NCBI GenBank assembly: GCA_039208735.1
Contig: JBCCQY010000001.1
Coordinates: 96,001-160,000 of the forward strand
From: Myxococcota bacterium
GTDB lineage: Bacteria; Myxococcota_A; UBA796; GCA-2862545
Reading direction: 5' to 3'
DNA length: 64,000 nucleotides
Shown: one piece after another, positions 37,173 through 47,264 of the stretch
Numbering within the stretch: position 1 is the stretch's first letter
Layout: each line of letters starts with the position of its first letter
Translations under genes and position numbers: made by a program
The notes under the pieces: model-generated
Databases searched by the model: none
Seen by the model: the letters and a program-made list of their open reading frames with translations, nothing else
What the model was told of the DNA's origin: nothing

Positions 37173-39842
37173 ATGGACAACGCAGCCAGCAAGCATCTTG
37201 ACCGGGAACTCGGTTTGTTCTCGGTCTTCAGCATTTCGATGGGTGCGATGATGTCGTCAGGCATCTTCGTCCTGCCCCTCATCGCAGCCCTCGAGGTGGG
37301 GCCGGGGGTCGCGGCCGCGTACCTCCTCGCAGGGTTCGCGGTGATCCCCGCCGTGCTCACCAAAGCCGAACTTGCTTCCGCAATGCCCATTGCAGGGGGC
37401 ACCTACATCTACGTCGACCGAAGTATGGGGCCCTGGGTGGGCACCATTACGGGGCTCGGCACATGGCTATCGCTTGTGGCCAAGACTTCCTTCGCGCTCG
37501 TCGGGTTGGGAGCGTACCTTCAACTGTTCTCGTCGATCAGCACCCTTCCTCTCGCCATTGTCATGCTGGTGGGGTTGATTGGGCTCAACCTGCTCGGTGC
37601 TTCCCGCGCTTCCTTTGTGCAGCGCGTCATCGTGCTGGCATGCCTAGTGGCGCTCGCTGGGTTCACCGTCGGTGGCTACCCCTCGGTGAAACCCGAGAAC
37701 CTCGAGCCACTCTTTACTCACGGCTGGCAAGGGGTGGTTGCGGGAGCCGGACTGGTGGTCGTCTCCTATGCGGGGGTCACGAAGGTGTGCTCGGTGGCCG
37801 AGGAGGTGAGTCGGCCGGAGGTCAACCTGCCGCTGGGCATGATTCTCGCCCAAGTCACCGCGATGGTGATCTACACCGTCGTCGCGACTGTGATCACGGG
37901 GAACCTCGACCTCAGCACGCTTTCGACGGGGCATGGAGGCGGCGGGCATCCGCCGTCCGAGTTGCTCACCCCGGTCGCGACCGCAGCAGAGGCCTTTTGG
38001 GGCCGTCCCGGGGTCGTGGCGATGGCCATTACGGCCGCCGCGGGCCTCCTGTCGATGAGCAACGCGGGCATCATGGCCTCGAGCCGCTATCCGTTCGCGA
38101 TGGCTCGAGATGGGCTCATGCCGAAGACGCTTGCGGCGACCCATCCGAAACTTGGCACCCCGGTCGTGGCGATCCTGCTGACCGGAGGCGTCACGCTCCT
38201 GGCCGTCACCGCACTGCCCGTAGAGGAACTGGCGCACCTGGCGAGCGCGTTCACGCTGTTCGTGTTCTGCCTCGTGAATCTGGCCCTTGTGGCGCTTCGA
38301 GAATCGGGCGCGCGCTGGTACCGTCCTTCGTTCCGTACGCCGTTGTATCCGTGGCTTCCGCTCTCCGGCGTGGCCATCGGGACCCTGCTCCTCGCCTACA
38401 TGGGCAGCACCGCCGTCATCGCGGTCGTCGCGGCCACGGTGGGCGGCACGCTGTGGTACTTCCTCTTCGCGCGCGCCCGCTCGAAGCGAGGCAGTGTGGT
38501 CTCCCACGTGTGGGCCGAGCGAGCGCGGGTCGAGACCGAGCAGTTTGAAGCAGAGGAATCTAAGCCCACCCCTGCCACCCAGGGCCGCGTGATCACGCCC
38601 GTGTTCGACAACCAGCCCACCCCCATCCGGCTGGTTCACTTGGCGGCTGCCTTCGTTGACGAGGGAGCGGCGCTCGAGGTCATGCGCGTCGAAGAGGTCC
38701 CCGACCAGACCGCCCTTGGCGCCATGCTGGGCTCCGACAGTGATCTGGTTGCGCTTGAAGCCGAAGCCAGGGAGGCAGCGGGGGACCTCCACGTCGACCT
38801 TGCCTTCCACGACTTGCTCACGCACAACGCAAAGCAAGCCCTGTTTCATCGTGCTGAAGCCACTCACGCGGACTGGATCGTGGCGCCGTGGCCAGAGCGG
38901 CGGAACTTGGCCGCATGGATTCGGCATCCCCTGGCATGGTGGGCCGATGACCCGCCCTGCGACCACGCCCAGCTGCTCGACCGCGGCCAGGAGGCCTTCC
39001 GGCGGATCCTGGTGTTGGTACAGCCCGGCCCCTACGACACGGTGCTTGTCCACGTGGCGGATCGGTTGGCGCGGGCCACCGGCGGGGAGATCACCCTGTT
39101 CAGTGCAGCATCTCCCGTTGAGCCTTACCGTGGCTATCACACAGAGCTTGCGCGACTGTGTGGGGTCCCCGTCCATAGCGAAGTTCATGACGTGCCGGCG
39201 GACCAGCTGGTGTCCTTTGTCACGGGCCTTACGCCGGTCTTCGATCTGGTGATCTTGGGAGCCGAAACGGAGCGGGGTCTGGCGGCGCTGACCAAGGACA
39301 GTCGGGTCGACCGTATTGCAGCTGGATCTGCTAGTTCGGTACTACGAATCAAGGCTCCGCGACACCGGGTCTACCCCTACGTGGACCTACGGGGACTCGA
39401 GGGTGAGGTCCTTGAAGACGACGATCTGGTGGTGGGCGTTGGGCTGGAGGCGACCCATCAGGCGGATCTGTTCCCCTTGCTCGCACGCCGATTCGCCGAG
39501 GATGGCGACGGCAAGGACATCGTAGAGACGGCCCTATGGGAGCGTGAACGCAAGCAGAGCACCGCGTTGTCCACGGGGATGATGGTGTCGACGGGTACGC
39601 ACTCCAAACTCACGCGAGCCCGTGCGGGCATCTTCACCCTGGTGCGGCCGGTGCGTTTTGGGGCTCCCGATCGCCATCGGATCGATGTCTGCCTCGTGGC
39701 GCTGGCCCCACCAGGGCAACGCAATCGGCAGCTTTGGTTGGTGCACGAGCTGTACCCCATGCTGGCTCGGCCGGACGTTCTCGAGGCGGTGCGGGCCGCC
39801 AAGACGCCGCAAGACGTCAAAAAGCTCTTCCTGTCGTCTTAA
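37173..39842 (+). CDS. APC amino-acid permease fused to USP-like and PTS EIIA-like domains
   Basis: GAMMSSGIF.LP, AELASAMP.AGG.Y, AEEV..P..NLP, SRYPFAMARD; USP-like FRRILVLV; EIIA-like ERERKQST. Confidence 0.88.
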   Translation: MDNAASKHLDRELGLFSVFSISMGAMMSSGIFVLPLIAALEVGPGVAAAYLLAGFAVIPAVLTKAELASAMPIAGGTYIYVDRSMGPWVGTITGLGTWLSLVAKTSFALVGLGAYLQLFSSISTLPLAIVMLVGLIGLNLLGASRASFVQRVIVLACLVALAGFTVGGYPSVKPENLEPLFTHGWQGVVAGAGLVVVSYAGVTKVCSVAEEVSRPEVNLPLGMILAQVTAMVIYTVVATVITGNLDLSTLSTGHGGGGHPPSELLTPVATAAEAFWGRPGVVAMAITAAAGLLSMSNAGIMASSRYPFAMARDGLMPKTLAATHPKLGTPVVAILLTGGVTLLAVTALPVEELAHLASAFTLFVFCLVNLALVALRESGARWYRPSFRTPLYPWLPLSGVAIGTLLLAYMGSTAVIAVVAATVGGTLWYFLFARARSKRGSVVSHVWAERARVETEQFEAEESKPTPATQGRVITPVFDNQPTPIRLVHLAAAFVDEGAALEVMRVEEVPDQTALGAMLGSDSDLVALEAEAREAAGDLHVDLAFHDLLTHNAKQALFHRAEATHADWIVAPWPERRNLAAWIRHPLAWWADDPPCDHAQLLDRGQEAFRRILVLVQPGPYDTVLVHVADRLARATGGEITLFSAASPVEPYRGYHTELARLCGVPVHSEVHDVPADQLVSFVTGLTPVFDLVILGAETERGLAALTKDSRVDRIAAGSASSVLRIKAPRHRVYPYVDLRGLEGEVLEDDDLVVGVGLEATHQADLFPLLARRFAEDGDGKDIVETALWERERKQSTALSTGMMVSTGTHSKLTRARAGIFTLVRPVRFGAPDRHRIDVCLVALAPPGQRNRQLWLVHELYPMLARPDVLEAVRAAKTPQDVKKLFLSS

Positions 39843-40426
39843 GGCTGACGAAGGCTGTCGACCCAGGGCCGCGCAGCCTGCGCCATTGCGAGGAGCGAGA
39901 CTGAATCTGCGCCATCGGCCGCCTGGTTGGACAAGCCCTGCAACAGCGAAAGGAACACTCGTGAGGTGGCCTCGGGGTCGACATCGGAACGAAGCTGCCC
40001 TGCCTCGACACCTTGCTGGATGCGGTCCTTCACCCTGGTGCGGAAGGCCTCCCGAAGGTCCTTGAGAACACGAGCTGCGTCGGGGTCGGCCGCTCGCCCC
40101 GAGAGGACCGCGCAACCCCGGGGCAGGACGGGATCGACGTAGCTTCTGGCCGCCTGATCCAACATCGATCCGAGCATCTCGTGCGGGTCGTCGGTCTCGA
40201 GGAGGGCGGAGAGTCCTGCTGCGTCGCGGGCCGCGTAGCGCTCTACGGCCCGACGAAACAGCTCTTGCTTGCTTTCGAAGGTGCGGTACAGGCTCGACGG
40301 GCCGACGCCACAGGCTTCGGTGAGGTCCGACATGGCGGCCTCCGCGTAGCCGAGCCGCCAAAACACCTCCATCGCGCGATCGAGCACGGTCTCGATGGAT
40401 GCCTTGCGGGGCCGGCCTGCCATCAC
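39839..40426 (-). CDS. TetR-family regulator
   Basis: GRPRK...AMEVFWRLGY...SLYRTFESKQELF. Confidence 0.92.
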   Translation of the reverse strand: MMAGRPRKASIETVLDRAMEVFWRLGYAEAAMSDLTEACGVGPSSLYRTFESKQELFRRAVERYAARDAAGLSALLETDDPHEMLGSMLDQAARSYVDPVLPRGCAVLSGRAADPDAARVLKDLREAFRTRVKDRIQQGVEAGQLRSDVDPEATSRVFLSLLQGLSNQAADGADSVSLLAMAQAARPWVDSLRQP

Positions 40427-40432
40427 GCCTCC

Positions 40433-41179
40433 TCAGACTTCAGTGATCCCACCATCCACGACATATTCTGAGCCGGTGACGAACGAAGCGTCCGTCGAGA
40501 GCAAGAACGCCGCGACCGAGGCCACCTCACGCGCCTCCCCAAACCGCCCGAGGGGAACCCGCGTGAGAACTTGCTCGGCCATGGCCTGGGCCTGCTCCTC
40601 CGGCATGCCCGTTCGGCCGAAGAAGTCCGTGCCGATGGGGCCGGGGCTCACGGCATTGACGCGGATGCCTCGGGGCGCGAGTTCCGCTGCGAGCGTCCGC
40701 GTCACGTTGCGGAGGGCCGACTTGGTCGATCCGTAGAGCACGCCGCCCGGCATTCCCATCTCCTGGACCACCGACGTGTTGAACACCACCGAGGCGCCAT
40801 TCGCCAGGGCGGTGGACAGCGCTTTCACCTGGAGGATCGGGCCGCGAACGTTCACTGCGTACTGTTGATCGAAGTGCTCGGCCGACACCTGGTCGTGGGG
40901 CACGAACAAACCGTAGCCCGCATTGAGAAACAGGGCGTCGACGTGCCCCAGTCGGGCCTCTACCTCGGCGCGCAGCGCCTCGACCGCATCGGGGTCTCCC
41001 GCATCGTTGGCCAAGACGTGCATGCCCGGCAGGCGGCTCTTGGCTGCTTCGAGCCGCTCTGCGTTGGTGCCCGTGATCAGGACTTGGCCGCCTTCTTGGT
41101 GGATGCGCTCGGCCGTGGCCAACCCAATCCCGTTGCTCCCCCCCGTGATGACGACGTTCTTGCCTGCAAACCGTTCCAT
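40433..41179 (-). CDS. SDR family oxidoreductase
   Basis: TGGSNGIG, LNAG, YGSTK, NAVSPGP. Confidence 0.95.
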   Translation of the reverse strand: MERFAGKNVVITGGSNGIGLATAERIHQEGGQVLITGTNAERLEAAKSRLPGMHVLANDAGDPDAVEALRAEVEARLGHVDALFLNAGYGLFVPHDQVSAEHFDQQYAVNVRGPILQVKALSTALANGASVVFNTSVVQEMGMPGGVLYGSTKSALRNVTRTLAAELAPRGIRVNAVSPGPIGTDFFGRTGMPEEQAQAMAEQVLTRVPLGRFGEAREVASVAAFLLSTDASFVTGSEYVVDGGITEV

Positions 41180-41205
41180 GGTGGCCTCCTGGCCGTTGGC
41201 GGCCA

Positions 41206-41227
41206 TTTTGGAGTGATCGTTTCATAA
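41206..41227. promoter_or_regulatory. candidate TetR operator upstream of SDR-TetR operon
   Basis: Imperfect palindrome TTTTGGAGTGATCGTTTCATAA. Confidence 0.5.
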
Positions 41228-41369
41228 TGAGGTGCAACGACGAACGGGACCTCCCCATTTGGGCGGGTCAGATCGTCTTGATCGCAATTCCGTCACGGTT
41301 TCGTCAGGGCACTTGGACTCACTAGTGCCAGGCTCACTCCCGAATCCTGCAGCGAATCTGGAGTGCGGT

Positions 41370-42482
41370 GTGACTAGGAATCAGGGATGGGGTCGGTTGT
41401 GCATGGGGGGGCTGCTCGCAGCCGGCTTGGTTTCGTCATCCTTTGCGAAGGCGCAGGCCTGTTCCGATGGAGAGGACTCTACGGCCCTCGGCACCGGTTT
41501 TTGTACCCTGACGCCGTGGGTACTCGACGATGGTGACAACATCGCGTTCATTGGCACCGCGTGGGAACTCGTGGGGACGGGGGGCCAGACGAGCCCGGCC
41601 ATTCCGACGCAGCGGTTCCAGCTCGGAGGAACCGGGGCGCAGATTCCTACGGCCCCTCTCTACAATCAGGGTCCGCACCACCCCTACATCTGTTGGCGCG
41701 ATGTTACAGGGACCTTTCACCTCGACGCCCTGACCGACACCGAGTGTTTGAGCGACACAAACTCTGGCCGAAGCCTTGGAATCGCGGTGGAAGCTGGCGA
41801 TGGTGACGATCAGGTCATCATTATGGGCCATCCCTCGACCCCCGGCCCGCTGGCGGGGACCTTGATGTACCCGGATTCCGTTGTCTGCCCTGGCTTTACC
41901 GGTCCCTCGGGTGGGCCTGTCGTCATCTCGACGCTCAACACACCGGGAGGCTCTATGGGCATTCTCGGTGGACTTTCGGCGGGAAGCTTCGGCTGGGCAC
42001 GCCATCGCACCAACATCATTTGGGGCCAGTCAGGTGAGGACACGCTTGTCGGCGGTGAACAGAACGACGTCTTGTCCTCGAACGACCATCTGTTCCCCCG
42101 ATCGGAGTGCGTGGGTCCCAACGACGGGGAGGACGACCTACTCTGTGGTCAGGGAGGGTCCGATCTCCTGGTTGGCGAAACCGACATGGCCACCGATTGC
42201 CTCGACGGGGGAGACTTTCCGTTCGTCGGGTCGACGGACACGTGCTTTGAAGGCAACGATGACTTCGCCATGGGGTGTGAATCGCCCCTGGCCGCGACCA
42301 CGCCCCCAGGGGCACGCCTTAGCTCCTGTACGTTCCGGGGCGCCCCTCTTCTGTCCTGCTGCGAAAGCGTCGTGAGTCCCGACCCTCTGGTCATCGCTCC
42401 CATCTGTACGGGTGCGGTCGACACCGCGCTGTTTGGTCCTATGGGGTGGTGCTCGTCCACATTTGGAGCGACCTGCCCCTAA
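41370..42482 (+). CDS. secreted Cys-rich protein with RTX-like Ca-binding repeats
   Basis: Signal peptide; AGDGDDQV, GQSGEDTLVGGEQNDVL, GQGGSDLLVG; start uncertain. Confidence 0.7.
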   Translation: MTRNQGWGRLCMGGLLAAGLVSSSFAKAQACSDGEDSTALGTGFCTLTPWVLDDGDNIAFIGTAWELVGTGGQTSPAIPTQRFQLGGTGAQIPTAPLYNQGPHHPYICWRDVTGTFHLDALTDTECLSDTNSGRSLGIAVEAGDGDDQVIIMGHPSTPGPLAGTLMYPDSVVCPGFTGPSGGPVVISTLNTPGGSMGILGGLSAGSFGWARHRTNIIWGQSGEDTLVGGEQNDVLSSNDHLFPRSECVGPNDGEDDLLCGQGGSDLLVGETDMATDCLDGGDFPFVGSTDTCFEGNDDFAMGCESPLAATTPPGARLSSCTFRGAPLLSCCESVVSPDPLVIAPICTGAVDTALFGPMGWCSSTFGATCP

Positions 42483-42579
42483 TCGCGCGGCGTTCTACCG
42501 AATTCGAACCCCTTGCTCCTCAAGCTCGAGGTCGAAGTCGAGCCCCGCCCAACGGAGCAGGTGGTCGAGAATTCCCACG

Positions 42580-43422
42580 TCAGGGCTGCATTTCAGCCGG
42601 GTATATCCGAACCCAGGCTGCGTTGCTGGCGTCGAACTGGAGCGTGTCCTGCTGATCGAGGGGTCCAAGGTAGTGGACGCAATCCCCGACCGCCACGGTC
42701 TTAGGGGTGGTTGGATAGGTGATGAGCTTGTCGTCTCCGTAGGTGACCTCGAAGCAGGTGAAGGAGCCGCAGGGGCCTTGCTCCGCCGTGACCTCACCCC
42801 AGATTTCAACGATCCTTTCACCGTGGGCTTCGTAGGACAAGGCGGTGGCATTGCCATCGAGGACGGGAATCTCGTTTTCGACCCCATCGATGTCGAAGTT
42901 CAGCAATGCGGTCACATGGGGCCCGCCGGAGATGTTGGCGACCTCGGTCACCGTGAAGTTCACCCGGTCGCCGGGGGCGATGAGGCCCGAGTTGTCCACT
43001 TCGACATTGTCTGCCACCACGGGGCCATCCATGTCTTCGGCCCAAAGCGTGGCGCGACTCGCGTCATCCGAGAGATCGGCCACGGCGGTCACAATCGCGC
43101 CGGAGACCGCGATTGAAACGGGCTTCGCTTGCGTTGCCGCGAATGCCGCTTCGCGCACCGAGAAGAGGCTTGAGCTGTTCGAGAGGCGCCGCCGCTGGAC
43201 CGTCGATCCTGCAGCCGCGATGGGATGTTCGGCCCAAGGTCCAAGGGGGTCTGGAGCGGAGCAACTCAGCTTGGGGGTGCCTGTGTCGGTCGGTTCTCCG
43301 GTATCGGTTGGGGGGCCGGTATTGGACGCACGGGCCGTATCGGCGGTCATGGGAGGCGGAGATTCGTCCTCGGGGGTGAGGTTGCATCCCGCAAGACAAA
43401 TCCAGAGCAGTCCAAAGCGCAT
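42580..43422 (-). CDS. lipoprotein with OB-fold-like domains
   Basis: Lipobox LAGC; PTDTG repeats; GAIVTAV, PGDRVNFTVT. Confidence 0.7.
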   Translation of the reverse strand: MRFGLLWICLAGCNLTPEDESPPPMTADTARASNTGPPTDTGEPTDTGTPKLSCSAPDPLGPWAEHPIAAAGSTVQRRRLSNSSSLFSVREAAFAATQAKPVSIAVSGAIVTAVADLSDDASRATLWAEDMDGPVVADNVEVDNSGLIAPGDRVNFTVTEVANISGGPHVTALLNFDIDGVENEIPVLDGNATALSYEAHGERIVEIWGEVTAEQGPCGSFTCFEVTYGDDKLITYPTTPKTVAVGDCVHYLGPLDQQDTLQFDASNAAWVRIYPAEMQP

Positions 43423-43463
43423 CGGTCCTCTCCGTTGGACAACCCCCATAATCCTTGGTCACA

Positions 43464-43856
43464 TCACGGCTGCTCCACCATCCGAACGACCAGCTCGGTT
43501 CGATGCTCTACTGGGATCGGCACCAATCCAAACAGAGGCTCGTAGGCCAAACGGCCATGGATGCGCAAGACCTGCATGGGCGCGGCCCCTTCGAGGAGGG
43601 CTTCGAAGGTGGGCATTCCCACGTCTGCATGGGTGCCGAGTCGCCAGGTCGCCAGGGCGTTGTTCTTCGCCGCCAACGCGGGGCCTACCGTCTGGAGCGT
43701 GCGGCTGCCGTATTGTGCGCCATCGCGAACGGCGTTGAACAACGCCATGTCTACGCTGAAGTACCAGGCGAGGTCGAGACCTCCGGTCATCAACAGGAGG
43801 AGCAAGGGCGTCACGAGGGCCAACTCGACTGCTTGACTGCCGCGTTTCGGGTTCAT
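43464..43856 (-). CDS. TadE-like pseudopilin
   Basis: RGSQAVELALVTP...AVRDGAQYG. Confidence 0.85.
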   Translation of the reverse strand: MNPKRGSQAVELALVTPLLLLLMTGGLDLAWYFSVDMALFNAVRDGAQYGSRTLQTVGPALAAKNNALATWRLGTHADVGMPTFEALLEGAAPMQVLRIHGRLAYEPLFGLVPIPVEHRTELVVRMVEQP

Positions 43857-44245
43857 TGGTCCTCCATCAACAGCCGCGTGTTTGATCGAAGCACGGGCAT
43901 CGCGAACCAGGCCAAGCCCACCAAGGGTTTGTAGGTCACTTCGCCCTCGAAGAGGAAGCGCTTGGTTGGGATGTCACCCTCGACGCGACCTCGAAAGGTG
44001 GCTCTTGGTGCCAGCTGGGTGTTTTGCCATGCCCGCGTTGCGGCCTGCTTGGCAAGGACGACGGGCTGGGCATCGCGATTCGCAATGGCTCCGGCGCGTG
44101 CCCCGATGAACACGGCATGGTCGAGGCAAGCTTGGAGGAGGAGCATCCACGCGACTTCGATGCCCGCCAGCCCGATCAACATCAGAATCGGGGCCGTCAA
44201 TGCGAACTCGAGTGCCTGAGCGGCCCGTCGTTGCCGTGACATCAA
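43853..44245 (-). CDS. TadE-like pseudopilin
   Basis: AQALEFALTAP...AVFIGARAG. Confidence 0.85.
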   Translation of the reverse strand: MMSRQRRAAQALEFALTAPILMLIGLAGIEVAWMLLLQACLDHAVFIGARAGAIANRDAQPVVLAKQAATRAWQNTQLAPRATFRGRVEGDIPTKRFLFEGEVTYKPLVGLAWFAMPVLRSNTRLLMEDQ

Positions 44246-44254
44246 GGCCGTCTC

Positions 44255-45526
44255 CTACTGGACCAGCCGAAACGTCATTCCTGAGCGCTGGCCGGGGGTA
44301 GGTAGCGAGCCGAGCCAGGGGTCGAGCGCGACGTCGATGTGTACGCCCATGTTTCCACCGAAGACCACTTCCAAGCCGGCCAGGGCCGCCCCATAAAAGT
44401 GAGCTTGTCCCGTGAGATCGATCTTCCCGTGGGGCGCGTAGATCGATCCGTGGAAGTCGGTGTCTCCGGATTGGTAGACTTGAGTGCCCTTCACGTAGAC
44501 GCGCAACAGCTTGGGGTCGCGGAGCTGGTTGATGAACCCCTCACCGGTCGAGGACAGGTTCTTTTCGACATAGATTTCCGTCAGCCCGGGGCCTGGCACG
44601 ACGATGCGAGACGTTCCGGCCGACACGAGTTTGTCGAAGCTGTAGCGTCCGGGCGGCAGGGTCAGGACCTCGCTTCCGCTGAGGTCAACCACCCAGTGTC
44701 CACTTCCTTCCTCGACATCATCGGGCTCCTCGGGGGCGGTTCCCTTGTAGGGGCCTTGCGCACACGCGGGGCAACGGGCTTGGAGGTTGGTGTTGTTCTT
44801 TCGGACGTCGGCCCAGTCGACATCGAAGAGCGGAGGGGCTTTTTCGAGGGAGCGGGCTTGCCCAAAGAACCTTCCGAGATCCTGGAGAAAGAGGCCGTCG
44901 AATGTGCTGATGTCGGTCCAGACCTCGGCTTGATTCTGGATCAGGGCGTCGGTTGCGCTACAGATGGACGCCGTCGCAACGTTCTGGCCTTGGTAGGACT
45001 GAAGGCTCGAATCGTAAGCGTCAACCCTGGATTGCCCTTCAATTTTGACCCCTGCTCCTGCGTAGATCGAACAAGGTCCGCCGGTCTGTGGCTGAACTGC
45101 AGGAGCGACCGAAGCAATCGCGGTGCCTCCGGTTGGAATCGTACTCAGGCCAAAGAGCCGCGCGAAGGTGGTGGGCATGTGCAGGGTAAGCCTCACCCGC
45201 ACGGCATTGCCTCCGGCTTCATTCGGCTTGAACGTTGCGCTATCGGGGTTCCAATCTCCGATCTCCACGTCGCTTTCATGCAGCGTCAGGGAGTGGCCGT
45301 CAGGACGGTGCATACCGACAAGCGCAATGGCCCGGCTTCGCACCTCGCTGGGCTGAGTTCCCAGCGCGGATGCCCCAGACAACGCGGCTGCATCGGCGAT
45401 GGAACGAATGTCTTGGGAAACGGAGAGTGCATGCGCGAGGTCGACGCCAATGGCGGCAACTACCCCGAATACAGGCATCATCACTGCGGTTTTGAGCGCG
45501 ATGCTTCCTCTTTGGGAGCTGTGCAT
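44255..45526 (-). CDS. TadG-like pilus protein with C-terminal beta-helix-like domain
   Basis: RGSIA, GVDLA, ADAAALSGA, DVEIGDW, NAVRV; C-terminal FHGSIYAP...FYGA. Confidence 0.8.
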   Translation of the reverse strand: MHSSQRGSIALKTAVMMPVFGVVAAIGVDLAHALSVSQDIRSIADAAALSGASALGTQPSEVRSRAIALVGMHRPDGHSLTLHESDVEIGDWNPDSATFKPNEAGGNAVRVRLTLHMPTTFARLFGLSTIPTGGTAIASVAPAVQPQTGGPCSIYAGAGVKIEGQSRVDAYDSSLQSYQGQNVATASICSATDALIQNQAEVWTDISTFDGLFLQDLGRFFGQARSLEKAPPLFDVDWADVRKNNTNLQARCPACAQGPYKGTAPEEPDDVEEGSGHWVVDLSGSEVLTLPPGRYSFDKLVSAGTSRIVVPGPGLTEIYVEKNLSSTGEGFINQLRDPKLLRVYVKGTQVYQSGDTDFHGSIYAPHGKIDLTGQAHFYGAALAGLEVVFGGNMGVHIDVALDPWLGSLPTPGQRSGMTFRLVQ

Positions 45527-45701
45527 CAGACCTCCTTCCTTCGTATGCGCTCAAACGCGCCAGCGGCTCGATCTGGGACACGGCTCCCGAAAATCGCTCG
45601 CGTCTTTCAGGCGGAACCAGGCTCTTGGCAAATCACCGAGGCGTCGTCCCAGAATTCGCGCACCGCGGTGTCCGTAGAAATGCAACCAGAACGGAGGTTT
45701 C

Positions 45702-46181
45702 ATGATGCGTTCAAGCTTTGGGCTCCTGGCGATGGCGGCGCTGACGTCCGGATGTGCGCTCGAATGGGACTTGACGGAAGACGGCACCTACGATGGTCCA
45801 GGGGTGGAAGTCCAGGAGGCCCACATTGAAGGGGAAATCGGCCGATATGCCGCCGATGGCGATGCCTATGGGTTTGTCGTGCGTGACGGCGATCAGACGA
45901 CGGTCGATGTGCGCGCTCGCGATGCCGGCGTGGTGATGGCCTACTTCGACATCGACCAGGACCTTGAGGACCTCGAGGTGGGCGAAGTCCTCCGCATCGA
46001 TGAAGGGGATTTCATCGGCTGCGCCGGTCCGTGGGATGAGATGTGGATCAAGGAACGGACCGCGAGGAGCTTTACCGTTGTGGTGGCGAGGACGGATGAA
46101 GTTTCCGTCACCGTCGACTTCAATGCCCGCTTCAAGGACACGGAGTTCCTCGGCGGCTCCTTTGTTGTTCCCCTCGACTGA
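45702..46181 (+). CDS. putative lipoprotein
   Basis: Lipobox TSGC; GGAGG RBS. Confidence 0.75.
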   Translation: MMRSSFGLLAMAALTSGCALEWDLTEDGTYDGPGVEVQEAHIEGEIGRYAADGDAYGFVVRDGDQTTVDVRARDAGVVMAYFDIDQDLEDLEVGEVLRIDEGDFIGCAGPWDEMWIKERTARSFTVVVARTDEVSVTVDFNARFKDTEFLGGSFVVPLD

Positions 46182-46191
46182 CGAGTTCGAG

Positions 46192-47178
46192 TCAGGGCCG
46201 CTCCGTCCGTTCCTCCGAACCCCAGCATCGGACCGTTCCTTCGGTGTGCAAAACACAGACGTGCGTCGAGCCCGCGGCAATCTCGATGGCGGGGTCGATG
46301 GCGATGGGCGTCATCGGATGCATGATCGGATCGGGCGGTCGCCCCAGCTGACCCTGTTCGTTCTGCCCTCCGCAAGTCACGCCGCCGTCGGCATCCAACA
46401 CGCAAGCGAACCCCCTTCCCGACACAATGGACTGGGCCGTTCGCACCAAGGGGGGCCGGCGCACGCCATGGTTCGTTCCGCGAGCGCCCCAACCGCCGCG
46501 TCCCAGGAGGACCTCGGAGGTGTCGTAGCCCCAGCAGGCCACCGTCCGATTGGCTTCGCGGACGCACAGTGGCGTCGTGCTTGGCAAGAACGCACGCGGC
46601 TTGTGAAGTCCAGGCTCCTGGCGAACCTCGGCGCTGTCGTCGGGCCATTGGCGACACCGCACGTCACGGTCCTGGAGTGCGCAGATACGGGTCCCCACGA
46701 CGGTAAGGTCTCGCACACTTTCGAGCGCGGGCCAGTCCCAGACTCGTGGCGCAGACATCGCTTGAGGATGGCCGGACTCCACCTGGCAACGCACACGGCC
46801 CTCAACCAGACCACAGACGAGCCTCGTGCACCCAACCCCGCCGTGCATGCCCACGACGCAGCGTTCGGATCCGGCGATGCGCGAGGCTCCCTCCAGCACC
46901 TGCACAGGCTGCCAGGTTTGGTCGAAAAGGCATTGCACGTGGCTGACCTCGTCGAGCACACAAGTCGCCCCGCCGGCCAACACGACCTGTCGGATTCCTT
47001 TCGGGGCGAGTTGCCGCAGGGGTTGGCCAGTGCTCCAGCACCACGCGGCACCCTCACGCAGGCGACAGGTGACGTCGGACCCTGCCACCAGCTGCGGAAA
47101 TGTCTTGAGGGACGAGGCGGGTCTCGCACAGGCAATGGCCCCAAGAGCGAGGGCCAAGAGGCACTTCTTCACGATCAA
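46192..47178 (-). CDS. RCC1/BLIP-II repeat lipoprotein
   Basis: AGSTHVCVL..GTVRCWG, GGVTCGGQNEQGQLG. Confidence 0.8.
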   Translation of the reverse strand: MIVKKCLLALALGAIACARPASSLKTFPQLVAGSDVTCRLREGAAWCWSTGQPLRQLAPKGIRQVVLAGGATCVLDEVSHVQCLFDQTWQPVQVLEGASRIAGSERCVVGMHGGVGCTRLVCGLVEGRVRCQVESGHPQAMSAPRVWDWPALESVRDLTVVGTRICALQDRDVRCRQWPDDSAEVRQEPGLHKPRAFLPSTTPLCVREANRTVACWGYDTSEVLLGRGGWGARGTNHGVRRPPLVRTAQSIVSGRGFACVLDADGGVTCGGQNEQGQLGRPPDPIMHPMTPIAIDPAIEIAAGSTHVCVLHTEGTVRCWGSEERTERP

Positions 47179-47264
47179 GACTCCGCTGGCGAGATACAGC
47201 TTAGCAAGGGACCGGGCGCGCTTCGGGACTCTGTGGTGAATGGACCTTGTGGTAGAAGAGACCT

